49,584 nt of DNA from assembly GCA_964651695.1 (NCBI GenBank), contig CAZYYP010000003.1:1-49584 (forward strand), written 5' to 3'. Below, one piece after another: positions 18,478 through 26,686 of this stretch. Origin of the DNA: an uncultured Gaiellales bacterium. GTDB lineage: Bacteria; Actinomycetota; Thermoleophilia; Gaiellales; JALYLC01. The notes beneath the pieces are model-generated. The model made no database searches. It was not told the DNA's origin and worked only from the letters and a program-made list of their open reading frames with translations. The translations under genes and the position numbers were made by a program. The number at the start of each line of letters is the position of its first letter. Positions within the stretch are counted from its first letter, which is position 1.

Positions 18478-19518
18478 CTAGGCCTCGGTGTAGGCGAGCG
18501 CTTCGCTCGTCTCGGGGAAGGGGCTCTCGAGTCCGAACGTGACAGCCGCCTGCATCTCGTCGCGCACCGTCGCCGCCATCGCGTCGGCCTGCTCGGCCGT
18601 GAGCGTCCCGTCGGCGACGAGCCGCCCGCGGAACGCCGGCAGCGGGTCGCCTCGCTTGGCCGCCTCGTACTCCTCGGGCGCGCCGAACTTCTCGATCGCC
18701 TCGTGCTCGGGGAAGTGGAGCGGAACGCCGGGCGGGGCGATGATGTTGCCGTGCGCCGAGAGGCGGTACATCTGCGACTCCACGAGCGTCGGTCCGTCGC
18801 CCGCGCGCGCACGCGCGACGGCGGCCCCGACCGTCTCGTAGACGGCCACCGGATCGCGGCCGTCGATCGTCACGCCGGGCATGCTGTAGGCCTTCGCCTT
18901 GACCGAGAGATCCTCGCCGTTGGCGCGGTTCGCGTCCTCCTGGTCGGAGCGCGTGTGGACGTTGTAGCCGTTGTTCTCCATCACGAAGACGATCGGCAGC
19001 TTCCACAGCGAGGCGATGTTGAGCGTCTCGGCGAACGCGCCCTGCTTCGAGGCGCCGTCGCCGAAGAAGCAGAGCACGACCTGCCCCTGCTTGCGGATCT
19101 GCGCGGCCCAGGCGGCGCCGGCGGCATGCGGGATGCCCGCCGCGACGATCCCGGAGGTGCCGAGGAAGCCGTTGGAGACGTCGGTCAGGTGCATCGAGCC
19201 GCCGATGCCCTTGCAGAGCCCGTCCCTGCGGCCGTAGATCTCGGCCATCATCGCCTTCGGATCCGTGCCGCGCGCGATGGGATAGCCGTGGCAGCGGTAG
19301 GTGGTGAGGAACTGGTCGTCGGGGCCGAGCGTCGCGATCGACCCGACGATCGAGGCCTCGGCGCCGTCGGCGAGGTGCGTGTGCCCGCGGATCACGCCCG
19401 GATGCTCGAGGAACGTGCGCTTGACGCGCTCCTCGAACTCGCGGATCCGCAGCATCTGCTCGTAGATCCAGACCAGCCGGTCGCGGTCGAGCGCGGGGAC
19501 CCCCTGCAGCGTGCTCAC
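18478..19518 (-). CDS. 2-oxoacid/acetoin dehydrogenase E1 component, alpha subunit (first copy)
   Basis: GTG at 19518 overlaps the upstream stop as GTGA and is in frame with ORF 18478..20472. N-terminus VSTLQGVPALDRDRLVWIYEQMLRIREFEERV. TPP motif FFGDGASKQGAFAETLNIASLWKLPIVFVMENNGY. Confidence 0.9.
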   Translation of the reverse strand: MSTLQGVPALDRDRLVWIYEQMLRIREFEERVKRTFLEHPGVIRGHTHLADGAEASIVGSIATLGPDDQFLTTYRCHGYPIARGTDPKAMMAEIYGRRDGLCKGIGGSMHLTDVSNGFLGTSGIVAAGIPHAAGAAWAAQIRKQGQVVLCFFGDGASKQGAFAETLNIASLWKLPIVFVMENNGYNVHTRSDQEDANRANGEDLSVKAKAYSMPGVTIDGRDPVAVYETVGAAVARARAGDGPTLVESQMYRLSAHGNIIAPPGVPLHFPEHEAIEKFGAPEEYEAAKRGDPLPAFRGRLVADGTLTAEQADAMAATVRDEMQAAVTFGLESPFPETSEALAYTEA

Positions 19519-20396
19519 GTGGAGCTCCTCTCCTTCGCGAATTGGGCGGCGGTCGTCTCGTAGGCGCGCCGGAAGATGACCCCCAGCGGCTGGTTGCGCA
19601 GCTCCTCGGACAGCACCTCGACGCCCCACGGGCCGTCGTAGCCGCACTCCCGGCAGACCTCGATGTAGGAGCGGAGGTCGAACTCGCCCTCGCCGGGCAG
19701 GCGACGATGGTTGACGGTCTCGTCGACGAGGTCGTCCATGTCCTCGCGCCGGCCGTCGCTCAGCTCGACCCAGGACAGGTACTCGGACGGGATCCGCCGC
19801 AGCTCGCCCGGCGCGATCCCGAGCTTGCTCATGTGCCACGTGTCGATCGCGATGCCGCCATTCGCAGCGCCCGCCCCCGCGACGACGGCCAGGGCGGAGT
19901 CGACGCTCCGCACGTTCACGTCGAACGGCATGAACTCGTAGACGATCTTCGCGTCGGTGCGCTCGGCGGCCTCGGCGCAGAGCTCGCCGAAGCGCTCGGC
20001 GAGCCGCGGGATCCCGCACGGCGTCCCCGGGATGTTGCCGATCTTGATGTGGTGGGCGCCGAGCGCCCCCGCGGCTGCGAGCAGCAGCTCGCGGGTCGCA
20101 TCGGACGCAGCTCGGCGTTCGTCGCCCGGGTCGAGGAACCAGTCCATGAGGAACTCGAGCTCCAGGTGCTGCAGCCCGTTGTCGTCGAAGACCTTCTTCA
20201 TCTCCGCGAGGCTGCGCGTCTCGAGCACGTGCTGGAGGTCGGCGTGCCAGATCCCGATGCCGCTGAACCCGACCTCCCGCGCCTGCGCACAGCGATCGGC
20301 CCAGTCGAACAGGCTCCACTCGCGCCCGACGTGCACCTCGACCGGACCGGAGACCGTCCAGTAGAGGGCGACGAGCTCTGCGTCCGGCGCGCTCAC
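19515..20396 (-). CDS. Xylose-isomerase-like TIM-barrel protein (sugar phosphate isomerase/epimerase/dehydratase family)
   Basis: GTG at 20396 overlaps the LigM-like stop as GTGA and is in frame with ORF 19515..21122. Family pattern seen: ...HIKIGNIPG..., DTWHM, RRLPGEGEFDLRSYIEVCRECGYDGPWGVEVLSEE. Confidence 0.8.
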   Translation of the reverse strand: MSAPDAELVALYWTVSGPVEVHVGREWSLFDWADRCAQAREVGFSGIGIWHADLQHVLETRSLAEMKKVFDDNGLQHLELEFLMDWFLDPGDERRAASDATRELLLAAAGALGAHHIKIGNIPGTPCGIPRLAERFGELCAEAAERTDAKIVYEFMPFDVNVRSVDSALAVVAGAGAANGGIAIDTWHMSKLGIAPGELRRIPSEYLSWVELSDGRREDMDDLVDETVNHRRLPGEGEFDLRSYIEVCRECGYDGPWGVEVLSEELRNQPLGVIFRRAYETTAAQFAKERSST

Positions 20397-21760
20397 TTGG
20401 GGCGGTACGAGGCGCGGACGACCTCGGCGTACGGGACGGGCGAGACGGTGGCCCGGATCTCCGTCTGCACATGGCGCTCGACGACGGGCTTGGCCGAGCC
20501 GCCGCCCTCCTCGCCCCAGACGAGCACGACCTCGGTGCCCGGCTCGCTCTGCGCGACGTCGACGACGGCGAGCGAGAGCATCGAGCTCTCGTTGGAGCTG
20601 TAGCCGGAGAACGTCGAGACGCCCACCATCTCGCCGTCCTTCATGATCCTGTCGTTGGGCCAGGTGGAGTAGTTGGAGAGGGGGAGGTCGATGTACTTGG
20701 CCCTGTCGCCCTTGTGGAACATCGTCTCCATCGCGCGCGCGACGTCCTCGCCGTGCCACGCGAGCGTGACCTTCTTGCGCGGCGGAGCGGCGGCCATCCG
20801 CTCGAGCGCGGCGCGGCCGATGAACTCGTGGTCGAACTTGACGAAGCCGCCGTAGCCGAGGTCGTACGGCGTCAGGTAGTAGTCGGAGATGTCGTCCGAG
20901 TAGTAGCTGCCGCCGAGCGAGCCCGTGCCCTCGTACCCGTCGGCGGGCAGCCAGCTGCGGTAGGCCTTCATGTCGTCGCCCGTGAAGATCGCCGGCAGCG
21001 GGCACGGGATCCAGCCCGACTCCAGCGTGTTCGTGGCGTAGACGCGCGAGCCCACCTGCCGGAGCCCGAACTCCGCGCCTGCGGCCACGATCGCGGCCTT
21101 GACCTCGGCGCCCTCGTCCCACGGGCCGAACAGCTCGAGGCCCGGAACGCCCGACATGCCGTGATGGAGGGCGCGCACGGCGTGGCCGGCGATCGTGATC
21201 TCGCCCATGTTGAAGAACTTGATCTCGGGCAGAGGGCCGCCGTTGGCCTTCTCCAGCACCTCGAGCGCGGTCGGGCCTTGCACCTGGTAGCGGTAGATCC
21301 TGCGATTGCCCTTGTTGACGGCCGCGCGCTCGTCGCGCTCGCAGGTCGCGTCGTAGTCGCCCGTCTCGCAGTGGTACTGCACCCAGTTGTGCGCCGAGGG
21401 CCGCCCGACGAGGCTGAGCAGGTTCTCGTCGAGGTAGAAGAGGATCGCGTCGCCGATCACGTAGCCGTCGTAGTTGGTCGCGACGAATTGCTTGGCCTTG
21501 TCGACGGCGAAGTTCTCGAAGCTGTTGACGCCGAGGTCGGACAGCAGCCGGATCGCATCCGGGCCATGGATGTACAGATCGGTCATATGGTACGACTGAT
21601 CGAAGAGGCAGCTCGTCGCGCGCCAGGCGTGCTGCTCGTCGCGCCAGTTCGTGAACTCGCTCGCATACCCCGGATAGACGTATGGGCCGATCTGCGAGTT
21701 GCGCGCGAGGTCGACGGGACTCCGGGTCACCAGCACGTCTTCCAGGCTTCGCGAACTCAT
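20393..21760 (-). CDS. ligM: Tetrahydrofolate-dependent aromatic O-demethylase, LigM-like (GcvT/aminomethyltransferase family)
   Basis: From ATG 21760: MSSRSLEDVLVTRSPVDLARNSQIGPYVYPGYASEFTNWRDEQHAWR...LFDQSYHMTDLYIHGPDAIRLLSD...KFFNM...LHHGMSGVPGLELFGPW...NTLESGWIPCPLPAIFTGDDMKAYRSWLPA...GYGGFVKFDHEFIGRAALE...KKVTLAW...VSPVPY. As I remember it, this tracks Sphingobium SYK-6 LigM block by block. The alternative ATG at 21772 sits flush against its SD. Confidence 0.8.
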   Translation of the reverse strand: MSSRSLEDVLVTRSPVDLARNSQIGPYVYPGYASEFTNWRDEQHAWRATSCLFDQSYHMTDLYIHGPDAIRLLSDLGVNSFENFAVDKAKQFVATNYDGYVIGDAILFYLDENLLSLVGRPSAHNWVQYHCETGDYDATCERDERAAVNKGNRRIYRYQVQGPTALEVLEKANGGPLPEIKFFNMGEITIAGHAVRALHHGMSGVPGLELFGPWDEGAEVKAAIVAAGAEFGLRQVGSRVYATNTLESGWIPCPLPAIFTGDDMKAYRSWLPADGYEGTGSLGGSYYSDDISDYYLTPYDLGYGGFVKFDHEFIGRAALERMAAAPPRKKVTLAWHGEDVARAMETMFHKGDRAKYIDLPLSNYSTWPNDRIMKDGEMVGVSTFSGYSSNESSMLSLAVVDVAQSEPGTEVVLVWGEEGGGSAKPVVERHVQTEIRATVSPVPYAEVVRASYRPK

Positions 21761-21936
21761 GGCTGCGTGCATCTCCTCATCGAGAATCGCCGGGGTGTGG
21801 CGAGCTGGCCGGCCCGGTGCGAGGGCCTGCATGCGCCTGCCGTCGTCGGGCGGCGCCGCTCCGGACTCTCTCAGGGCATTGCCCGTTTGTCAAGACACCG
21901 TTCCGACAACTGGAACAGGGAGTAGGATAGGCCTCG

Positions 21937-23925
21937 ATGTCGACCGCCACCAGCAACGGCGACGGCTCCGCGGCCCTCTGGACGCCGCCGCAGGATGTCC
22001 GCGAGACGACGGAGATCGGCCGCTACGTGACCTGGCTCGAGAGCGAGCGAGGACTGGCGTTCGCGTCCTACGAGGAGCTGCAGCGCTGGTCCGTCGACGA
22101 CCTGCCCGGGTTCTGGTCGTCGATCTGGGACTTCTTCGAGGTCAGGTCGCACGCGCCCTACAGCGAGGTCCTGGCCTCGGACGCGATGCCCGGCGCCCAG
22201 TGGTTTCCCGGCGCACGGCTCAACTTCGCCGAGCACCTCGTCGGCCGGGACGAGGACGTGGACACGGTCGCGATCCTCTCCTACTCCCAGACGCGCGCGC
22301 CGCAGCAGCTCACGTTCGGCGAGTTGCGCGAGCAGGTGGCGCGCGCTCGCGCGGGTCTCGAGCGCCTCGGCGTGCAGCCGGGAGACCGGGTCGTCGCCTA
22401 CCTCCCGAACATCCCGGAGACGCTGATCGCGTTCGCCGCGACCGCGAGCCTCGGCGCGATCTGGGCGAGTTGCGCCCCGGAGCTCGGCGCCCGCAGCGTG
22501 ATCGACCGGCTCGCGCAGCTCGACCCGGCGGTGCTGCTGACCGTCGACGGCTACGGCTTCCGCGACCGCTCGATCGACCGCAGCGAGGAGGTCGCGACGA
22601 TCCGCGCGGCGCTGCCCAGCCTGCGCCACGTCGTCCACGTGCCCTACGGCGGTCGTGAGCTGCCGGACACCGTCGCCTGGGACGAGCTGCTGGCCGAGCC
22701 CGCCCCGCTCGCGTTCCTGCCGGTCGCGTTCGACCACCCGCTCTCGGTGCTGTTCTCGTCCGGGACGACGGGCATCCCCAAGGCGATCGTCCACGGGCAC
22801 GGCGGCATCCTCCTGGAGTACCTCAAGGCGCACGCGCTGAGCTGGGACCTCAAGCCGGGCGGCCGCCTGCTGTGGTTCTCGACGACCTCGTGGATGATGT
22901 GGAACGCGCTCATCTCCGCGCTGCTCATGCGCTCCTCGATCGTCATGCTCGACGGCGACCCCGCGTGGCCGGATCTCGGCTGGCAGTGGCGGCTCGCCGA
23001 GCAGACGCGCCCGACCTTCATGGGCGTCAGCCCGGCCTTCCTGATGGCCTGCCGCAAAGCCGGTCTGCAGCCGGGCCGGGAGTACGACCTCAGCTCGATC
23101 CGCGTCTTCGGCACGGCCGGATCTCCGCTCCCGGCCGAGGGGTACCGCTATGTCTACGACCAACTCGGTCCCGCCGTCCTGCTGATCAACGGCAGCGGCG
23201 GCACGGACGTCTGCAGCGGCATCGTGGGCGGCTCGGCGCTGATCCCGGTCTACGAGGGCGAGATCTCCGGCCGTCTGCTCGGCGTCGCCACCGAGGCCTT
23301 CGACCCGCGCGGAGAGCCACTCGTCGGCGAGCTCGGCGAGCTCGTGATCACGCGTCCGATGCCGTCGATGCCGATCGGTCTCTGGGGCGACGAGGACGGC
23401 TCGCGCTACCACGCCTCGTACTTCGGCATGTACCCCGGGGTCTGGCGGCAGGGCGACTGGATCGCATTCTCGGAGCGCGGCAGCTGCGTCGTCACCGGCC
23501 GCTCCGACGCGACGCTCAACCGCGGCGGCGTCCGCCTCGGCACGGGTGAGTTCTACAGCGTCGTCGAGGAGCTGCCCGAGGTCACCGACAGCCTCGTCGT
23601 GCACCTCGAGGACGCCGAGGGCGGCGCGGGCGAGCTCCTGCTCTTCATCGTGCTCGCCGACCGCGCCGAGCTGGACGAGGACCTGCGCCGGCGCATCGCC
23701 GTGAGCCTGCGCTCGCAGCTCTCCCCGCGCCACGTGCCCGACAGGATCCACGCCGTGCACGCGATTCCGCGCACGCTCACGGGCAAGAAGCTCGAGACGC
23801 CCGTCAAGCGCATCCTCTGCGGCGCCCGGGTGGAGACCGTTGCGAGCAGGGACGCGCTGCTCGACCCCACGGCGCTCGATGCGTTCGCCGTGCTCGCCAC
23901 CCCGCCGAAGGACACCCGTGCCTGA
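21937..23925 (+). CDS. Acetoacetyl-CoA synthetase-like acyl-CoA ligase (ANL superfamily)
   Basis: 662 aa. The N-terminus LWTPPQDVRETTEIGRYVTWLESERGLAFASYEELQRWSVDDLPGFWSSIWDFFEV is typical of acetoacetate-CoA ligases. AMP-binding core FSSGTTGIPKAIVHGHGG. Confidence 0.85.
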   Translation: MSTATSNGDGSAALWTPPQDVRETTEIGRYVTWLESERGLAFASYEELQRWSVDDLPGFWSSIWDFFEVRSHAPYSEVLASDAMPGAQWFPGARLNFAEHLVGRDEDVDTVAILSYSQTRAPQQLTFGELREQVARARAGLERLGVQPGDRVVAYLPNIPETLIAFAATASLGAIWASCAPELGARSVIDRLAQLDPAVLLTVDGYGFRDRSIDRSEEVATIRAALPSLRHVVHVPYGGRELPDTVAWDELLAEPAPLAFLPVAFDHPLSVLFSSGTTGIPKAIVHGHGGILLEYLKAHALSWDLKPGGRLLWFSTTSWMMWNALISALLMRSSIVMLDGDPAWPDLGWQWRLAEQTRPTFMGVSPAFLMACRKAGLQPGREYDLSSIRVFGTAGSPLPAEGYRYVYDQLGPAVLLINGSGGTDVCSGIVGGSALIPVYEGEISGRLLGVATEAFDPRGEPLVGELGELVITRPMPSMPIGLWGDEDGSRYHASYFGMYPGVWRQGDWIAFSERGSCVVTGRSDATLNRGGVRLGTGEFYSVVEELPEVTDSLVVHLEDAEGGAGELLLFIVLADRAELDEDLRRRIAVSLRSQLSPRHVPDRIHAVHAIPRTLTGKKLETPVKRILCGARVETVASRDALLDPTALDAFAVLATPPKDTRA

Positions 23926-24820
23926 GATCGAGCGACTCGCGCTCGCGGACGCCGTCGCGATCGACTTCCACACGCACGTCGAGATGTCGCAGGCGGGCGG
24001 CGACTCGCTCCCCGACGAGCTGCGCGAGGCCGCCGTGCGCCACTTCCGCGGCGAATCGGCGCGCCCGACGGCCGAGGAGCTCGCGACGTACTACCGCGAG
24101 CGCCGCATGATGGCCGTGATCTTCACGGTCGACTCCGAGTCCTTCACGGGCCAGGAGCGCGTGCCGAACGAAGAGATCGCCGAGGTCGCGCGGGCCAACT
24201 CCGACGTCCTCATCCCGTTCGCGAGCATCGACCCGCACAAGGGCAAGCGCGGCGTCGACGAGGCGCGCCGGCTGATCGCCGAGCACGGCGTGCGCGGCTT
24301 CAAGTTCCACCCCAACGTCCAGGGCTTCTTCCCGAACGACCGCATGGCCTACCCGCTCTACGAGGCGATCGAGGAGGCGGGCCTGCCGGCGCTCTTCCAC
24401 ACCGGGCAGTCAGGCGTCGGCACGGGCCTCCCGGGCGGCGGCGGCATCCGGCTCAAGTACTCGAACCCGATCCACGTGGACGACGTCGCGGTCGACTTCC
24501 CGCGCCTCAAGATCGTGCTCGCCCACCCGTCGTTCCCGTGGCAGGACGAGGCGATCGCCGTGGCCGTGCACAAGCCGCAGGTCTACATCGACCTCTCCGG
24601 CTGGTCGCCGAAGTACTTCCCGCCGCAACTCGTCCACCACGCCAACACGCTGCTGCGCGACCGCGTGCTGTTCGGCACCGACTACCCGTTCATCACCCCC
24701 GATCGCTGGCTCGCGGACTTCGCCAAGCTCGAGATCAAGCCGGAGGTGCGTCCACTGATCCTGAAGCAGAACGCGATGCGCCTGCTCGGGCTGGAACTAC
24801 CGGAGGGTCCGCATGCCTGA
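23918..24820 (+). CDS. Amidohydrolase-2 family metal-dependent hydrolase/decarboxylase (LigI/LigW/ACMSD-type fold)
   Basis: GTG at 23918 is in frame with ORF 23840..24820 and overlaps the ligase stop by 8 nt (GTGCCTGA). Motifs AIDFHTHVE, FKFHPNVQGF, ALFHTGQ, KIVLAHPSFPW, LFGTDYPF. Confidence 0.85.
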   Translation: MPEIERLALADAVAIDFHTHVEMSQAGGDSLPDELREAAVRHFRGESARPTAEELATYYRERRMMAVIFTVDSESFTGQERVPNEEIAEVARANSDVLIPFASIDPHKGKRGVDEARRLIAEHGVRGFKFHPNVQGFFPNDRMAYPLYEAIEEAGLPALFHTGQSGVGTGLPGGGGIRLKYSNPIHVDDVAVDFPRLKIVLAHPSFPWQDEAIAVAVHKPQVYIDLSGWSPKYFPPQLVHHANTLLRDRVLFGTDYPFITPDRWLADFAKLEIKPEVRPLILKQNAMRLLGLELPEGPHA

Positions 24821-25925
24821 CAAACGACCGGTCGTCGTCTACGGGGCGAGCGGCTTCTCGGCCCGGCTGATCATCGAGTTCCTGCGCGAGTACAACGTGC
24901 CGTTCGTGGCCGCGGGCCGCAACCGCACGCGCATCGAGGAGGTGCTCGCTCACGTGCCCGGCATCGGCACCGCCGACTACGAGATCGTCGAGGTCGCGCA
25001 CGACGTCGATGCCCTGGCGGGGGTGCTGGATGGCGCAACGGTCGTCTGCAACACCGTCGGTCCGTGCATCTACCACGGCTCGACCGTCGCGGAGGCCGCG
25101 CTCAAGGCCGGCTGCCACTACGTCGACACCGGCGGCGAGGCTCCCTGGGTGCGGCTCGCGTGCGAGCAGTGGGGAGCGAAGTTCGCCGCGGCCGGCCTGC
25201 TGCTCGCGCCCGCCACGGCCTACATGTCCGCCGTCGCCGAGGCCTGCGCGCGCATCGCGATGGAGCGGTCGCCGGGAATCGACTCGCTCGAGATCCTCTC
25301 GATGTTCAACGGCTTCCCGACCTACGGCTCGACCCAGACGATCTTCGGCCAGCTCCAGTGGGAGTCGTTCTACCTCGAGCAGAACGAGTACAAGCTCTGG
25401 CCCCCGGTGACGACGCTCGAGGTGACCATCCCGAGCGCGATCACGACCCAGCTCGCGCTGCCGTGGGGCGGCTTCCCGCACCCGGTGTGGTTCAAGGACA
25501 GCCCGCAGATCGCGAACGTGCGGGCCTTCGGCGGCCTGCTCGACCGCACGATCATGGAGGGCATCGTCGCGGGCCAGCAGAGCTACCAGGACAGCATCCG
25601 CGCGCTGCCGGCCGACGAGCAGCGGCGCGTGCTCGCCGAGATCGCCGACTCGATGCAGCCGGGCCTCCCCCCGCGCGAGAACCGGCGCATGCAGCGCACG
25701 GTGGACGTCGTCATCGGTCGCGGCAGCCTCGAGACCGTGCGGGTCTCGGCGCACGGGCAGGGCGCCTATCTGCAGACCGGCCTGATCCAGGCCTTCGCCG
25801 CCCACCACCTCGTGCACCAGCCGCCGCGCACGGTGGGCTTCGCGTCGCCGGGCGAGGCCTTCGGCCACCACGAGATCCTGGCTGCGCTCGAGGCCTACGG
25901 CTTCGTCCGCGTCGAGATCGGCTAA
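24813..25925 (+). CDS. Saccharopine-dehydrogenase-like NAD(P)-binding protein
   Basis: MPDKRPVVVYGASGFSARLIIEFLREYNVPFVAAGRNRTRIEEVL is a Rossmann fold of the saccharopine dehydrogenase / trans-acting enoyl reductase type. The ATG overlaps the upstream stop by 8 nt (ATGCCTGA). Confidence 0.7.
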   Translation: MPDKRPVVVYGASGFSARLIIEFLREYNVPFVAAGRNRTRIEEVLAHVPGIGTADYEIVEVAHDVDALAGVLDGATVVCNTVGPCIYHGSTVAEAALKAGCHYVDTGGEAPWVRLACEQWGAKFAAAGLLLAPATAYMSAVAEACARIAMERSPGIDSLEILSMFNGFPTYGSTQTIFGQLQWESFYLEQNEYKLWPPVTTLEVTIPSAITTQLALPWGGFPHPVWFKDSPQIANVRAFGGLLDRTIMEGIVAGQQSYQDSIRALPADEQRRVLAEIADSMQPGLPPRENRRMQRTVDVVIGRGSLETVRVSAHGQGAYLQTGLIQAFAAHHLVHQPPRTVGFASPGEAFGHHEILAALEAYGFVRVEIG

Positions 25926-25942
25926 GGGCCCAAGGGCCCGCC

Positions 25943-26686
25943 CTACGTCTCGTCGCGCAGCTGCTCGAGCCACTCGGCGGCAGCCGTCGCGACGCGCGGC
26001 TCGACCCCCAGCTCCTCGACGTAGGCCGCAGCGGCGCGCATCTCGTCCACCCTCCGCGCCGCGTGCGTGCGCGAGCCCGAGAGCAGCCGCTCGAGCAGCG
26101 GCTCGCCGAGCACGCCGGCGATGTCCGCGCGCACGTGCCCCTCGACGCCCGCGACGCGCGCGGCCTCGATGCTCTCGATCGCGGCCGCCGCGATGCCCTT
26201 CATGAACACGCTGCGCACGAGCTTGAGCCCGGCGGCGTCGCCCGGTCGCTCCCCCACCACCTCGACCGGCATGCCCAGCGGCCGGAAGAGCTCGGCGAAG
26301 CGCTCCGCCCCGGCGCCGGAGGCGAGCGCGGGGATCGCGAGGCCGTGGCCCGGGACGACGCCGGTGAGCGCGACGTCCGCGAAGCACACCGGCAGCGCGG
26401 CGGCGAGGTCGCGCTTGAGCTGCGGCGCGGCCGTGTTGAGATCGGCGAAGAGCGCGTGCTCCGCGAGTTCGCCCGCGACACGCCTCGCCGCCTCGAGGGC
26501 GTGGGCCGCGGTCGTGAGGCTGAGAACGACGTCGGCGCCCCTGACGGCCTCGAGGTCGCTCGCCGCGTTCGGGATCCCCTCCGGGCGCCGGGCGGGATCC
26601 CACGCCCGCACGCTGCAGCCGGCCGCGACCAGGTCGGCTGCGATCAGGCCCCCGGCCTCGCCGAGCCCGAGCACCGCGACCTGCAT
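25943..26686 (-). CDS. NAD(P)-binding dehydrogenase (6-phosphogluconate/3-hydroxyisobutyrate dehydrogenase-like N-domain plus DUF1932-like C-domain)
   Basis: MQVAVLGLGEAGGLIAADLVAAGCSVRAWDP (GxGxxG), 247 aa. The start shares 1 nt with the upstream stop (TGATG). Confidence 0.7.
   Translation of the reverse strand: MQVAVLGLGEAGGLIAADLVAAGCSVRAWDPARRPEGIPNAASDLEAVRGADVVLSLTTAAHALEAARRVAGELAEHALFADLNTAAPQLKRDLAAALPVCFADVALTGVVPGHGLAIPALASGAGAERFAELFRPLGMPVEVVGERPGDAAGLKLVRSVFMKGIAAAAIESIEAARVAGVEGHVRADIAGVLGEPLLERLLSGSRTHAARRVDEMRAAAAYVEELGVEPRVATAAAEWLEQLRDET

Noticed and set aside
14124-19563. ORFs 14124..16943 (+, 939 aa) and 16663..19563 (+, 966 aa), antisense to the GMC and E1 genes
   Set aside because: Same reasoning: highly biased R/A/D/G/E composition and no motifs, while the minus strand has five motif-rich genes tiling the region.
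25926-25939. GGGCCC-AA-GGGCCC between the convergent stops at 25925 and 25943, considered as a bidirectional terminator
   Set aside because: The full pairing would leave a 2-nt loop, which is sterically implausible. The realistic stem is only about 4 bp, and there is no U-tract. It is too weak to call.
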